42,283 nt of DNA from Sedimentisphaerales bacterium (lineage in GTDB: Bacteria > Planctomycetota > Phycisphaerae > Sedimentisphaerales > SM23-30), in the NCBI GenBank assembly GCA_016933395.1, contig JAFGBA010000106.1:1-42283 (forward strand), given 5' to 3'. Of the stretch, positions 18,480 to 26,393 are shown in pieces. The position numbers were made by a program, and so were the translations under genes. The stretch's first letter is position 1. Each line of letters opens with the position of its first letter. The notes under the pieces are model-generated. The model saw only the letters and a list, made by a program, of their open reading frames with translations, was not told the origin of the DNA and made no database searches.

Positions 18480-19106
18480 TTACTCAGAGCATTGCCGATA
18501 AGGGTCGTCTTCGGGCGGACCGAGCCAGAGCACCTTTGCCGGGCGCGGGCTGCGCTGTTGAGGCGTTGTTGGCTGGTCGCGGTTGTCGGCTTGAGGTGTG
18601 TCTGTATTACTCTTTTTAAAATCATTATTAAAATTATATATATTATTAATGGAGTTTGGAGAATGGTGATTGGAATTTGGAGTATGGAGCTTGGAGTGTG
18701 GAACTTGGAAATTGGAATTTGGAGTGTTGAACGGTCGTTCAACGGTCGTTGCATTTTTCCGCCGCTTCTCAGCGCTGATGCGGCCGGCCTTTTGCGCTGT
18801 AAGTCTATAATTTTTATGTCGTTGTATTTGCTCTGTTAAAAACGGACAAGTAAGAATTTGATCGTGAAAGATGAACTTATCTTTGAGTTTTGCGAAGAAC
18901 ACGTCGTACTTTCGTTGTGATTTAATCCGCATAATCCTTTTAAGATTATCCCATCGAAGGTCCAATGAACCACCGTTAATCCACAGATTCATCAGCAGTA
19001 AAAAATACATGCCCCGTTCCTCCATCGTCAGGCGGTTGAAGACAGGGTCGGCTAACATATCACCGGCATAAAGCTGAAAGGCGGGGGCGTTGTTATATTG
19101 CGGCAT
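18480..19106 (-). CDS. DUF1376 (YdaU-like, phage-associated) domain protein with a low-complexity C-terminal half
   Basis: The N-terminus FQLYAGDMLADPVFNRLTMEERGMYFLLLMNLW fits the DUF1376 pattern from memory. AAGGAG lies 7 nt upstream of the ATG. The C-terminal half is translated from a simple-sequence repeat (18651-18750), so it may be non-native or decayed. Confidence 0.6.
   Translation of the reverse strand: MPQYNNAPAFQLYAGDMLADPVFNRLTMEERGMYFLLLMNLWINGGSLDLRWDNLKRIMRIKSQRKYDVFFAKLKDKFIFHDQILTCPFLTEQIQRHKNYRLTAQKAGRISAEKRRKNATTVERPFNTPNSNFQVPHSKLHTPNSNHHSPNSINNIYNFNNDFKKSNTDTPQADNRDQPTTPQQRSPRPAKVLWLGPPEDDPYRQCSE
18651..18750. repeat. Simple-sequence (TGGAR/TTGGA-rich) tract plus an 11-nt tandem duplication and hairpin
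   Basis: The tract reads GGAGTTTGGAGAATGG..TTGGAATTTGGAGTATGGAGCTTGGAGTGTGGAACTTGGAAATTGGAATTTGGAGT. It is followed by the hairpin GTTGAAC-ggtc-GTTCAAC (18726-18743) and by AACGGTCGTT twice (18730-18739 and 18741-18750). Confidence 0.7.
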
Positions 19107-19158
19107 GGGAATCTCCTTTCGAAAAAATATTTGTGAACCAAAAAATATCCGGTGTCAT

Positions 19159-19276
19159 CCCCGCGAAAGCGGGGAACCAGAAATTCCGTCTGGATGCCCG
19201 ATCAAGTCGGGCATGACACGTGTATCACCGACGTCCTCGTCGGCATTTCAAACCTTCGTGCCGGCAGAATGCCGGC
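19159..19276. repeat. Cluster of four consecutive GC-rich stem-loops
   Basis: Hairpin 1: CCCCGC-gaaa-GCGGGG (19159-19174). Hairpin 2: ATGCCCGA-tcaag-TCGGGCAT (19194-19214). Hairpin 3: CCGACG-tcct-CGTCGG (19228-19243). Hairpin 4: GCCGGC-agaat-GCCGGC followed by GGTAC (19260-19281). Confidence 0.75.
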
Positions 19277-19434
19277 GGTACAGTAATGCAACGCAGCGTT
19301 TATTCCCTAAATAAAGAGAGCATGTATGTTAGATGTAAATCTAATATTATTATATTATAATCTATAAAATGAAAAACGCAAGTAGTCATTCGCATAAATT
19401 GAAATAATATTGTGTATTTTTTTGAAAAATATAG

Positions 19435-19490
19435 TTGACATAATGCAATATATATATTACACTATGACTATGATATATTGCTTTATGTCA
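19435..19490 (+). promoter_or_regulatory. Sigma70-like promoter overlapped by an 18-bp inverted repeat (putative operator of the XRE gene)
   Basis: The -35 is TTGACA (19435-19440), the spacer is 17 nt, and the -10 is TACACT (19458-19463). The inverted repeat TGACATAATGCAATATAT (19436-19453) / ATATATTGCTTTATGTCA (19473-19490) matches at 17 of 18 positions. Confidence 0.6.
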
Positions 19491-19515
19491 TATATTGATG
19501 ATAAAAGGAGACAAC

Positions 19516-19728
19516 GTGGAACCAAGAATGCAATTAAAGCTGGCCCGAGTGGCGCATAATCTCACGCAAGCCGAACTGGCGGAGAAGGTGGGCGTCACCC
19601 GCCAGACCATCGGCCTGATCGAAAACGGAGGGTATAACCCTACTTTGAATTTATGTATTGCCATTGCCCAGACACTTGGCAAAACTCTTGACGATCTATT
19701 TTGGAAGGAGATCGACCATGAAAGATGA
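19516..19728 (+). CDS. Short XRE/Cro-C1-type HTH transcriptional regulator (YozG-like)
   Basis: It carries LTQAELAEKVGVTRQTIGLIENGGYNPTLNLCIAIAQTLGKTLDDLF. A GTG at 19516 lies 5 nt after AAGGAG. The ATG at 19528 is an alternative start. Confidence 0.85.
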   Translation: MEPRMQLKLARVAHNLTQAELAEKVGVTRQTIGLIENGGYNPTLNLCIAIAQTLGKTLDDLFWKEIDHER

Positions 19729-20131
19729 ACGCATTCAAACTACCACCAACCGAATGGCCGCCATTGGATTTTTTATCTGGAACTTATTATTGCCAATATC
19801 TCTTTGTTACAGAATATTGATTCTCAAACAGTACCCCAGCCAGTGGTGGGATATCGCCGCCATTTGGATCATCGGTATATTTGTCGTCTTTATCGCCAAT
19901 GCAGGCAAAGGCGGCCTTGATTACCAATTCAAGAAGAAATTTTTTACTATAGGTATTATTATCGTTATTGCTATTGCGGTTATATTATTCATCATGGGCA
20001 TGATACATTCCATCGCCGACTTAGGCGGAGTCCTGATCGGTTCAATATCCGGAGTGGGGCTGGTTATTGTGGTCGCTTATCTCCTTAACCGCCGCTGGCG
20101 GCGCAAAGCAGGCTTCGAAAACGAGCCATAA
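19718..20131 (+). CDS. Small four-TM membrane protein coupled to the XRE regulator
   Basis: The ATG at 19718 is preceded by GGAAGGAG and overlaps the XRE gene's 3' end by 11 nt. It begins MKDERIQTT and has four hydrophobic helices. Confidence 0.75.
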   Translation: MKDERIQTTTNRMAAIGFFIWNLLLPISLCYRILILKQYPSQWWDIAAIWIIGIFVVFIANAGKGGLDYQFKKKFFTIGIIIVIAIAVILFIMGMIHSIADLGGVLIGSISGVGLVIVVAYLLNRRWRRKAGFENEP

Positions 20132-20165
20132 GCAGCCAAGGGAAGGCGCGGCCTGCCAAAAGACC

Positions 20166-20187
20166 CACAACGAAAGTTGTGAGTTTT
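20166..20187 (+). terminator. Weak terminator-like hairpin after the membrane-protein gene
   Basis: CACAAC-gaaa-GTTGTG (20166-20181) is followed by AGTTTTCTC. The stem is short, only 6 bp. Confidence 0.4.
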
Positions 20188-20249
20188 CTCATCTCTGGGC
20201 GTTGAAACCTACCTTGGGTATTTTACTCGTATGTCGCCGGCTAACTGGT

Positions 20250-21251
20250 TTACAGCAGCAACTCGGCGATCTGGACGGCGTTGAGGGCGGCGCCTTTGCG
20301 GATCTGGTCGCCGGCGAGCCAGAGGTTGATGCCTCGGTTATCGGGCAGGGACCCATCGCGGCGAATCCGGCCGACGAAAATGTCATCCTGACCCACGGCG
20401 TCCAACGACATGGGGAAGCGATTGTTCACACGGTCATCCATCACCGTCACGCCTGGGGCGCGATGCAAAATATCAACCACCTCATCGACTTCAATGGGAT
20501 TAGTGAATTCCAGGTTGATACTCTCACAATGCGTCCGCAGCACGGGCACGCGAATGCAGGTGGCGGTAATAGCGATGGAATCATCGTTAAAGATTTTGTG
20601 CGTTTCCTTGACCATTTTGGTCTCTTCGGTGTTGTAACCGTCCGGGCCGATGTCAGAGTTGTGGCTGAAACAGTTGAACGCACAGGGATACTGGAAAATT
20701 TTAGGTTGCGGCTCTTTGCCATCGAGCACGTCGCGGGCCTGATCGCGGAGTTCCAGCATGGCCTGAGCGCCGGCGCCGCTGACGGCCTGATAGGTGCTGA
20801 CGACGATGCGTTTGACGGGGTTCGCCTGGTGTAGCGGCCAAATGGGCACGATGCCGATAATGGTCGAACAGTTGGGATTGGCGATGATACCGTGGTGGTC
20901 CTTGACCGCCTGGGGGTTGATTTCCGGGACGACCAGCGGCACTGCGGGGTCCATGCGGAAGGCCGAGGAGTTATCGACAACCACCGCGCCCGCCCTGGCG
21001 GCGATGGGGCTGAAGTGTTTGCTGACCGAGCCGCCGGCGGAAAACAGGGCGATATCGACGCCTGCGAAGCTATCCTCGGAGAGTTCCTCGATGGTGTATT
21101 CCTGGCCGAGGAAGGTCATTTTCTTGCCGGCCGAACGCGAAGACGCGAGGAATTTATATCCCGTCGCCGGGAAATTCCGCTGTTCGAGAATCTGTAAAAA
21201 CTCCTGACCGACCGCTCCGGTGACACCGGCAACCGCAACCATACATGCCAT
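20250..21251 (-). CDS. asd: Aspartate-semialdehyde dehydrogenase
   Basis: It has the NADP motif GVTGAVGQEF and the active-site region IIANPNCSTI. 333 aa. Confidence 0.95.
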   Translation of the reverse strand: MACMVAVAGVTGAVGQEFLQILEQRNFPATGYKFLASSRSAGKKMTFLGQEYTIEELSEDSFAGVDIALFSAGGSVSKHFSPIAARAGAVVVDNSSAFRMDPAVPLVVPEINPQAVKDHHGIIANPNCSTIIGIVPIWPLHQANPVKRIVVSTYQAVSGAGAQAMLELRDQARDVLDGKEPQPKIFQYPCAFNCFSHNSDIGPDGYNTEETKMVKETHKIFNDDSIAITATCIRVPVLRTHCESINLEFTNPIEVDEVVDILHRAPGVTVMDDRVNNRFPMSLDAVGQDDIFVGRIRRDGSLPDNRGINLWLAGDQIRKGAALNAVQIAELLL

Positions 21252-21487
21252 AACTATTTACCTTCTCTAAGGTTATCCTTCACGGCCCGGATTTACGCAC
21301 CGGACCCAACACACAAAAGCTGCTCTAACGCTGAAACAGCCCGAAAGAGGATACCATCAAATTTGCAAAAAACAAGGGAATGGCGAAAAAAGATGAATAA
21401 TGTACGATAATATTATATCTTCATACGGTAACTGGTGGTCATTTTTGGGCAACAAATAAATCTTATATTCTGGAGTATAATAGAAAG

Positions 21488-22204
21488 ATGGCTTTGGAAA
21501 CTGAACGCGATGGATATCCTCTAAAAAATTGGTGGGATATTGCCGAAACGCTTGCACGCCAAACATTTCAAGTGCGTCGTAAAAATTGTCGCGGAACAGC
21601 GTTTTTAGTGTCACAAGGATTGGAAAAAGACTCATCATTCCGCCATTACTGCTTCGCAACAGCTTGGCATGTAATCAACGATATTTTAGATGATGATCAT
21701 TTCATCTTGTTTCGCTCTCATGATAAGTTAGAAATTGGAGGAGATACTTATCGCATCATGACGGCACGCCTTGGGCCACCTTCGTTTGACTTGGGATTTC
21801 TTTTCCTTCGCACAGTAGATAATTTACTCTGTCCGAAGGATATGATGCCAGTCCGCGGACTTAAAACATTCCCTTCACTTGGTGAAAACCTCGGATGGTA
21901 TGGATATCCGGGAAGTCTTGAACATGAACCAATGTTTTGTCGTGGTACCTTGGCGTGTTTCAAGACTAATCCCCATTGTTATCTTATCAATGGACTCGCG
22001 TATCCTGGCATGAGCGGAGGAGCTGTTGTTGATCAATATGGTTGGGTAGTCGGTGTTATTTCAGAATGGTGGCAAGATGGTAGTTTACCTCAGATACCAG
22101 GGATGTTGCAAGCAGCACCAAGCGCTATGATCCGGCATGTATTAGAAGACCGTATGAAAGCAAGTGTAATCGATTCCCGTTCTCAACGATCATCTGAATC
22201 GTAA
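21488..22204 (+). CDS. Trypsin-like (S1/S1C-type) serine peptidase without signal peptide
   Basis: Triad-like motifs are present: TAWHVIND (His), DLGFLFL (Asp) and YPGMSGGAVVD (Ser). The N-terminus MALETERDGYPLKNWWD is hydrophilic. The sampled line 21661-21720 has 21 G+C out of 60. Confidence 0.75.
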   Translation: MALETERDGYPLKNWWDIAETLARQTFQVRRKNCRGTAFLVSQGLEKDSSFRHYCFATAWHVINDILDDDHFILFRSHDKLEIGGDTYRIMTARLGPPSFDLGFLFLRTVDNLLCPKDMMPVRGLKTFPSLGENLGWYGYPGSLEHEPMFCRGTLACFKTNPHCYLINGLAYPGMSGGAVVDQYGWVVGVISEWWQDGSLPQIPGMLQAAPSAMIRHVLEDRMKASVIDSRSQRSSES

Positions 22205-22256
22205 ATTTGGTAAAACTGCGAACAATTAATCCCAAAATTTAACCATTATAATTTTC

Positions 22257-22883
22257 TTACAAGCTGCCGGATTTGAGGCGGTACACGGCCTGGATGAGGG
22301 CGTCGGTGGTGGCGATGGATTCATCGGCGCGGCGGGCGGCGGCGATGTAGTCTTCGGCGTCGGTGCGTTTCTCGCCCAGTTGCAGCAGGATTTCCAGGGC
22401 TTCACGTTCGATGCCGGCAAGGGGGTGTTTCTCGGCGACGGTCGTGGCGGCGGCGAAGGCGGTGAGCTTGCCCTTGAGTTCGGCGATAATCTGTTCGGCG
22501 GTGCGCTTGCCGACTTCCGGCAAAGTAGCCAACAGTTTGGGATCGCCCGCTTCGATGGCGGCCGCGATGTCGGCGATGGGACGGGCCAGGGCGCGGAGGG
22601 CCTTACGCATGCCGATGCCCTTGACGGAGGTGAACCGCTGGAAGAAAAGCTTGTCGGTCTGATGCGGAAAGCCGATCAACCGCGGCGTGATATGTCCCGA
22701 CGGGCCGGAAGCTTCGAAGATTTGCAGGCAATGCAGCGTAACGATCGTGCCCAGCCGGGCCGAAAGGTCGCTGATGGCGTAGGCCGGAACCATCACCTCG
22801 TAGCCGAGATGTTCGGTCATCACCAGGACGGTATGAGCTTGCGGATTGATTTCTTCGAGCGTGCCGGTTATGCGAGCGATCAT
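22257..22883 (-). CDS. ruvA: Holliday junction branch migration complex subunit RuvA
   Basis: It has the RuvA N-terminus MIARITGTLEEI and the HhH region SVKGIGMRKALRAL. 208 aa. Confidence 0.95.
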   Translation of the reverse strand: MIARITGTLEEINPQAHTVLVMTEHLGYEVMVPAYAISDLSARLGTIVTLHCLQIFEASGPSGHITPRLIGFPHQTDKLFFQRFTSVKGIGMRKALRALARPIADIAAAIEAGDPKLLATLPEVGKRTAEQIIAELKGKLTAFAAATTVAEKHPLAGIEREALEILLQLGEKRTDAEDYIAAARRADESIATTDALIQAVYRLKSGSL

Positions 22884-22896
22884 AATCGATAGTTAG

Positions 22897-22942
22897 CCGT
22901 GGAATTCACGGATTAAAAAGATAACGTCGCCGTCTCGGCGAC
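22897..22942. repeat. Two short hairpins in the spacer upstream of ruvA, possibly a terminator for 23006-23497
   Basis: Hairpin 1: CCGTG-gaatt-CACGG (22897-22911). Hairpin 2: GTCGCCG-tct-CGGCGAC (22926-22942). On the minus strand the second is followed by the T-rich GTTATCTTTTT. Confidence 0.5.
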
Positions 22943-23005
22943 ATAAGGTATTTACGCCGGCAAAATGTCGACGATACATTTTATTCCGGCTCCTGACTTC
23001 TGGAT

Positions 23006-23497
23006 TCAGGCCTCTGATTCCTTTGCATTGCTCTCCGGCTGGGCGCCTGTTCGTCGCACCACTTCATCGAGTAACAATCCCAAACCATCGTACCTGGCGT
23101 CGCGCAGCTTCACGGTGCGTTGTGCGCCCTCGGCCGAATATTCGATAGTGAAATGCCCCTCTTTCTCAAAGTATCGTTTGTCGATCTTGTTAATGGCCGT
23201 GTAAGGAATCACCACTCCGTTGTCCAGAACCAGTTTCTCTTCATCGGCCGTAATCTTCCGCCTGGCCACCTGCATTGAGGCGAATAAAAAATACGCCGCC
23301 ACCAGCACCAGCGGTATCGGAATATAACGGTTGGTCAGTAAATTGGTATTCGGCTTGCCGTCCACCGTGTTTTCCTGCTGATACGTTTCGCTAATCCATC
23401 CATCATATGCAAACCACCCTGCGAAAATGATACATGCCGCGGCAATAATATAACATGTATTTCGGCTATGTTTGCTGCCTGTTGCGATAACTGCCAT
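23006..23497 (-). CDS. Two-TM membrane protein with a soluble C-terminal domain (possibly bacterial PH-like)
   Basis: 163 aa with two hydrophobic helices (CYIIAAACIIFAGWF, IPIPLVLVAAYFLFA). The tail KITADEEKLVLDNG..INKIDKRYFEKEGHFTIEY follows. The domain call is tentative. Confidence 0.6.
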   Translation of the reverse strand: MAVIATGSKHSRNTCYIIAAACIIFAGWFAYDGWISETYQQENTVDGKPNTNLLTNRYIPIPLVLVAAYFLFASMQVARRKITADEEKLVLDNGVVIPYTAINKIDKRYFEKEGHFTIEYSAEGAQRTVKLRDARYDGLGLLLDEVVRRTGAQPESNAKESEA

Positions 23498-23668
23498 GAA
23501 TATGCTCCTCTCGAAAAAATCCTTTGTGAAAAAAGACTCCCCCTATCATGCCGCAAACCGTTTCCAACTGCAAGCCCTTACAGGCCCTATAATTTATCAA
23601 TTTATTTCCCTTGGCCGACGGCGTATGGGCAGGCCGCACGAAAACCGCTAAAAAATACGCATTTTCAC

Positions 23669-23697
23669 TTGATTTTACCGATTTTATGTGTTAGACT
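23669..23697 (+). promoter_or_regulatory. Promoter-like element with extended -10 and no downstream CDS
   Basis: The -35 is TTGATT (23669-23674), the spacer is 17 nt, and TGt precedes the -10 TAGACT (23692-23697). Confidence 0.4.
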
Positions 23698-23703
23698 AAT
23701 ATG

Positions 23704-23952
23704 CGTAAGAGGGATGAGAAAAAGACTCAAAAACGCATTTCGCGTTCATAAATGTGAGGCGTAATATAGAGAAAGTTTATATGTAGACATATACTGGGCC
23801 GTTTCTGGCCCAACTAATTCGACTGTGTTTCGGCACAGCCAAAAAACCGCAGCAGTGGCTGCGCGGCCGAAATGTTTCGCCCCACCCGGCGGCATCGGCC
23901 AATCTAAACCAGAGCAAGCTCAACAACGTGAAGTTGAGCTTGCTATTTTTTT
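23704..23952 (+). ncRNA. Candidate small non-coding RNA or very small ORF unit (about 250 nt), bounded by a promoter-like element and a strong terminator
   Basis: The only plus-strand signals in a 730-bp gene-free stretch are the promoter at 23669-23697 and the terminator at 23913-23952. Internal hairpins include TGGGCC-gtttct-GGCCCA, CTGTG-tttcgg-CACAG and CGCAGC-agtg-GCTGCG. I recognise no known RNA family. Confidence 0.3.
23913..23952 (+). terminator. Strong Rho-independent terminator
   Basis: A 12-bp stem AGCAAGCTCAAC (23913-23924) / GTTGAGCTTGCT (23933-23944) has an 8-nt loop and is followed by ATTTTTTT. Confidence 0.85.
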
Positions 23953-24234
23953 ATCGCCTTTCATAACCCGCGTTTTTTGCCATCCATCCACCATACAAAA
24001 ATATCCAAGGTGTTCTTTTATAAGAATACCCGTCGTTCGTGAAATCTTATCACTTCATCAAAACCGGTGTGATTTTATAGTTTGTATCGTCGTGTCTGAA
24101 CGGAAGCGATACGACAATAAAACCGAAAGGTTTTTTCGGATAGTTTTGCATTGTCTATGATAGATAGAGATGTTGCAAAAAAAGAGAATGCTTTAGATCG
24201 CCGAATGTACGCGAAAAACCGCGTTTTTTGGAAA

Positions 24235-24318
24235 TGCCGAAGGAGGGAATCGAACCCTCACCCTGTCGCCAGGACGGGATTTTGAATCCCGCGCGTCTGC
24301 CTATTCCGCCACTTCGGC
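24235..24318 (-). tRNA. tRNA-Leu (anticodon CAA)
   Basis: The reverse complement is GCCGAAGTGGCGGAATAGGCAGACGCGCGGGATTCAAAATCCCGTCCTGGCGACAGGGTGAGGGTTCGATTCCCTCCTTCGGCA. It folds with acceptor GCCGAAG/CTTCGGC, anticodon stem CGGGA/TCCCG with loop TTCAAAA, a long variable arm CCTG-gcga-CAGG, and T arm GAGGG-TTCGATT-CCCTC. CCA is not encoded. Confidence 0.9.
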
Positions 24319-24423
24319 TCGGAATCGGTTGCGCCGTGGTTCTGCGGTGCAACCCGGAAACAGTTATATTAAAAGGGTTTGTCGCATTCGTCAACGGGCT
24401 TTAGCCGCAAGTGACGGAGAACT

Positions 24424-25212
24424 TTAGATGGATTTTACGAATCCCAAGGCGATGAAGGTGAATTCCTTGCCGTTCCAGGCTACGCAAGGCTCGGCACAGG
24501 AAGGGATGTCGCTGTCATTCAATAAGTTAAGCCCTTTTTGTTGGGCGATTTGCAGTATCTGCTCGATATCCGAACGGGATAAAACCTTCCAGGGCAGGTG
24601 AAACTGGTCGGCAACATCGGAGGTATCAATGGGAATTTCCCAATAATCGGCCGTGACGAAAAGCCTGCCATCAGGTTTAAGTAAACGGGCGGTTTCGGTC
24701 AGAAATCGTTCGGTATCCACGCCGTGCTCGAGGACTGAAATACACGTAGCCAAATCATAACTTCCTGCGGGGAAATGGGTTTGCATTAAATCGCCATGTT
24801 TAAGGCGAAAGGGAAGACGGGCAAATTTTAACCGTTTCCAGTGGACTAATTGCATAATACGGTCGATCAGAGTGACATTTAAATCGACTCCTCGCAAATT
24901 CATAAATCCCATATAGGACAAGAACTTAAGCGTATCTATACCACTACAACCCAAGTCGATAACGGCTGCTGAACGATTCAGGCCGACGGTGAATTTATGC
25001 AAATGGTATAAATCCCAATTTTTTTCAGGGCTTTGGTGTTTTGGTAAGCCGTTATTAGAAAAAAACCTACATGCGTTCCCGATTTCCTGCCAGCTTTGTA
25101 GTATCTGTATCATAAATCTATTCAATTTCGTAAGATTCTTAAAGCCAATAAACGTACTTTTTATCGTCGATTTGGCCTGAAATAGGTCAAAAACCTTTCC
25201 AATCGCCTCCAT
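24424..25212 (-). CDS. Class I SAM-dependent methyltransferase
   Basis: It has motif I VIDLGCSGIDTL and a post-I/II region, then LLKPDGRLFVTADYW. The gene is low in GC. The start is uncertain because internal Met codons are possible. Confidence 0.8.
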   Translation of the reverse strand: MEAIGKVFDLFQAKSTIKSTFIGFKNLTKLNRFMIQILQSWQEIGNACRFFSNNGLPKHQSPEKNWDLYHLHKFTVGLNRSAAVIDLGCSGIDTLKFLSYMGFMNLRGVDLNVTLIDRIMQLVHWKRLKFARLPFRLKHGDLMQTHFPAGSYDLATCISVLEHGVDTERFLTETARLLKPDGRLFVTADYWEIPIDTSDVADQFHLPWKVLSRSDIEQILQIAQQKGLNLLNDSDIPSCAEPCVAWNGKEFTFIALGFVKSI

Positions 25213-25287
25213 TTACAGCCAGATGCATCAAAAACAGCAAAATGAGATGTTTTCCGGATATGGTAACGCTTTGCCGATAATCCATAT

Positions 25288-26379
25288 ATGGTATTACGTG
25301 TGGCCCATTGTATTCCCGTAAGTTTGAGCAATCCCGGCGGAGTTGAAAAACATATTCTGTCTTTATCCTCAGCGTTGCGGAGGTTGGGTGTAGACGTGGA
25401 GGTATATTGCACACCGGATGGTAACGGGATGGTCGCCGGCTGTCGGCCGTTGAACGAGTTTCGGGCAGTAAATTTCGATATTTTGCATACGCATAGTGGT
25501 TTTTATTGCAGGAAATTCCTATATGGGCAGTTGTGGCGACGGCCGGGGCAGCGCTGGGTGCATACACTCCATAATTCGGCCCTGGAATACATGATCGCCT
25601 GCCGCTGGTGGGGGAATTGGCGGTGCTATTACAGTAGCCTGGTGGAAGGCCATTGGGCCAGATATGCCGATCATATCATAGCCGTCAGTCGGCAGGTAAA
25701 GACCTGGACGCGAAAGTGCTTTTATACACAACCGGAAAAAATTACGGTTATTCCAAATGGCCGGCAACCATCCGAGGCTAATTCCTTACCGGACAGAACG
25801 ACCTTACGGAAACGTTTAGGGGTATCACCTGAGAATATTGTCGTTTTGTTTATCGGACGATGCGAGGACCGGGTTAAAAACGCCGATTTTGTGCATAACG
25901 GCATCAAGGCATTATATGCCCGTCGGCCGGAAGTGCGATTGCTGGCAATACCCGGCACATCATTTCCGGCGGCGCCGTGGTTGCGGACGACGGGGATTGT
26001 GCCGCATGAAGACATCGTCGCATATTGCCGAGCGGCGGATATTTTTGTGAACGCTTCGCTGAGTGAGGGCTTGCCGTTGACGCTGGTAGAGGCGATGGCC
26101 GCCGGATTGCCCGTTATCGCCGCACCCGTCGGAGGAATACCCGACATTGTGCAACATGAGAAAAATGGTTTGTTATTACGACCGGACGGAAATGATTTAC
26201 TTGATTTATTGGGTTATCTGATGGATAATCCCGCCCAGCGCGATCGCTTGGGAAGCCAAGCCCGTCGGGACGTCGAATATTTAACCTGGGATCAACTCGC
26301 TCGACATACTCTGGAAATATATCGTACTATATTAAATGGGTCGGCGGCATTCTTGCGAAGGAAGGGAAACGCGGTTTAA
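25288..26379 (+). CDS. Glycosyltransferase family 4 (GT-B, retaining type)
   Basis: It begins GGVEKHILSLSSALRRLGVDVEV and carries the EX7E region EGLPLTLVEAMAAGLPVIAAPVGGIPDIV. Confidence 0.9.
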   Translation: MVLRVAHCIPVSLSNPGGVEKHILSLSSALRRLGVDVEVYCTPDGNGMVAGCRPLNEFRAVNFDILHTHSGFYCRKFLYGQLWRRPGQRWVHTLHNSALEYMIACRWWGNWRCYYSSLVEGHWARYADHIIAVSRQVKTWTRKCFYTQPEKITVIPNGRQPSEANSLPDRTTLRKRLGVSPENIVVLFIGRCEDRVKNADFVHNGIKALYARRPEVRLLAIPGTSFPAAPWLRTTGIVPHEDIVAYCRAADIFVNASLSEGLPLTLVEAMAAGLPVIAAPVGGIPDIVQHEKNGLLLRPDGNDLLDLLGYLMDNPAQRDRLGSQARRDVEYLTWDQLARHTLEIYRTILNGSAAFLRRKGNAV

Positions 26380-26393
26380 AATAGGCAATATTT

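Noticed and set aside
18480-20131. An intact prophage.
   Set aside because: Only one phage-associated domain gene (DUF1376) and an XRE module are present. There are no integrase, terminase, capsid, tail or lysis genes within the window.
23711-23761. Micro-ORFs in the candidate sRNA region. One is MRKRLKNAFRVHKCEA (ATG at 23714). Another, in a different frame, is the 16-aa peptide MRKRDEKKTQKRISRS starting at 23701.
   Set aside because: The purine-rich AAGAGGG abuts the ATG with essentially no spacing, and the other ATG has no SD. I recognise no peptide family. Coding potential cannot be supported from sequence alone.
23825-24394. ORFs 23825-24160 (+) and 24155-24394 (-).
   Set aside because: The first runs straight through the strong terminator at 23913-23952. 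The second overlaps the tRNA-Leu gene. Both translations look random.
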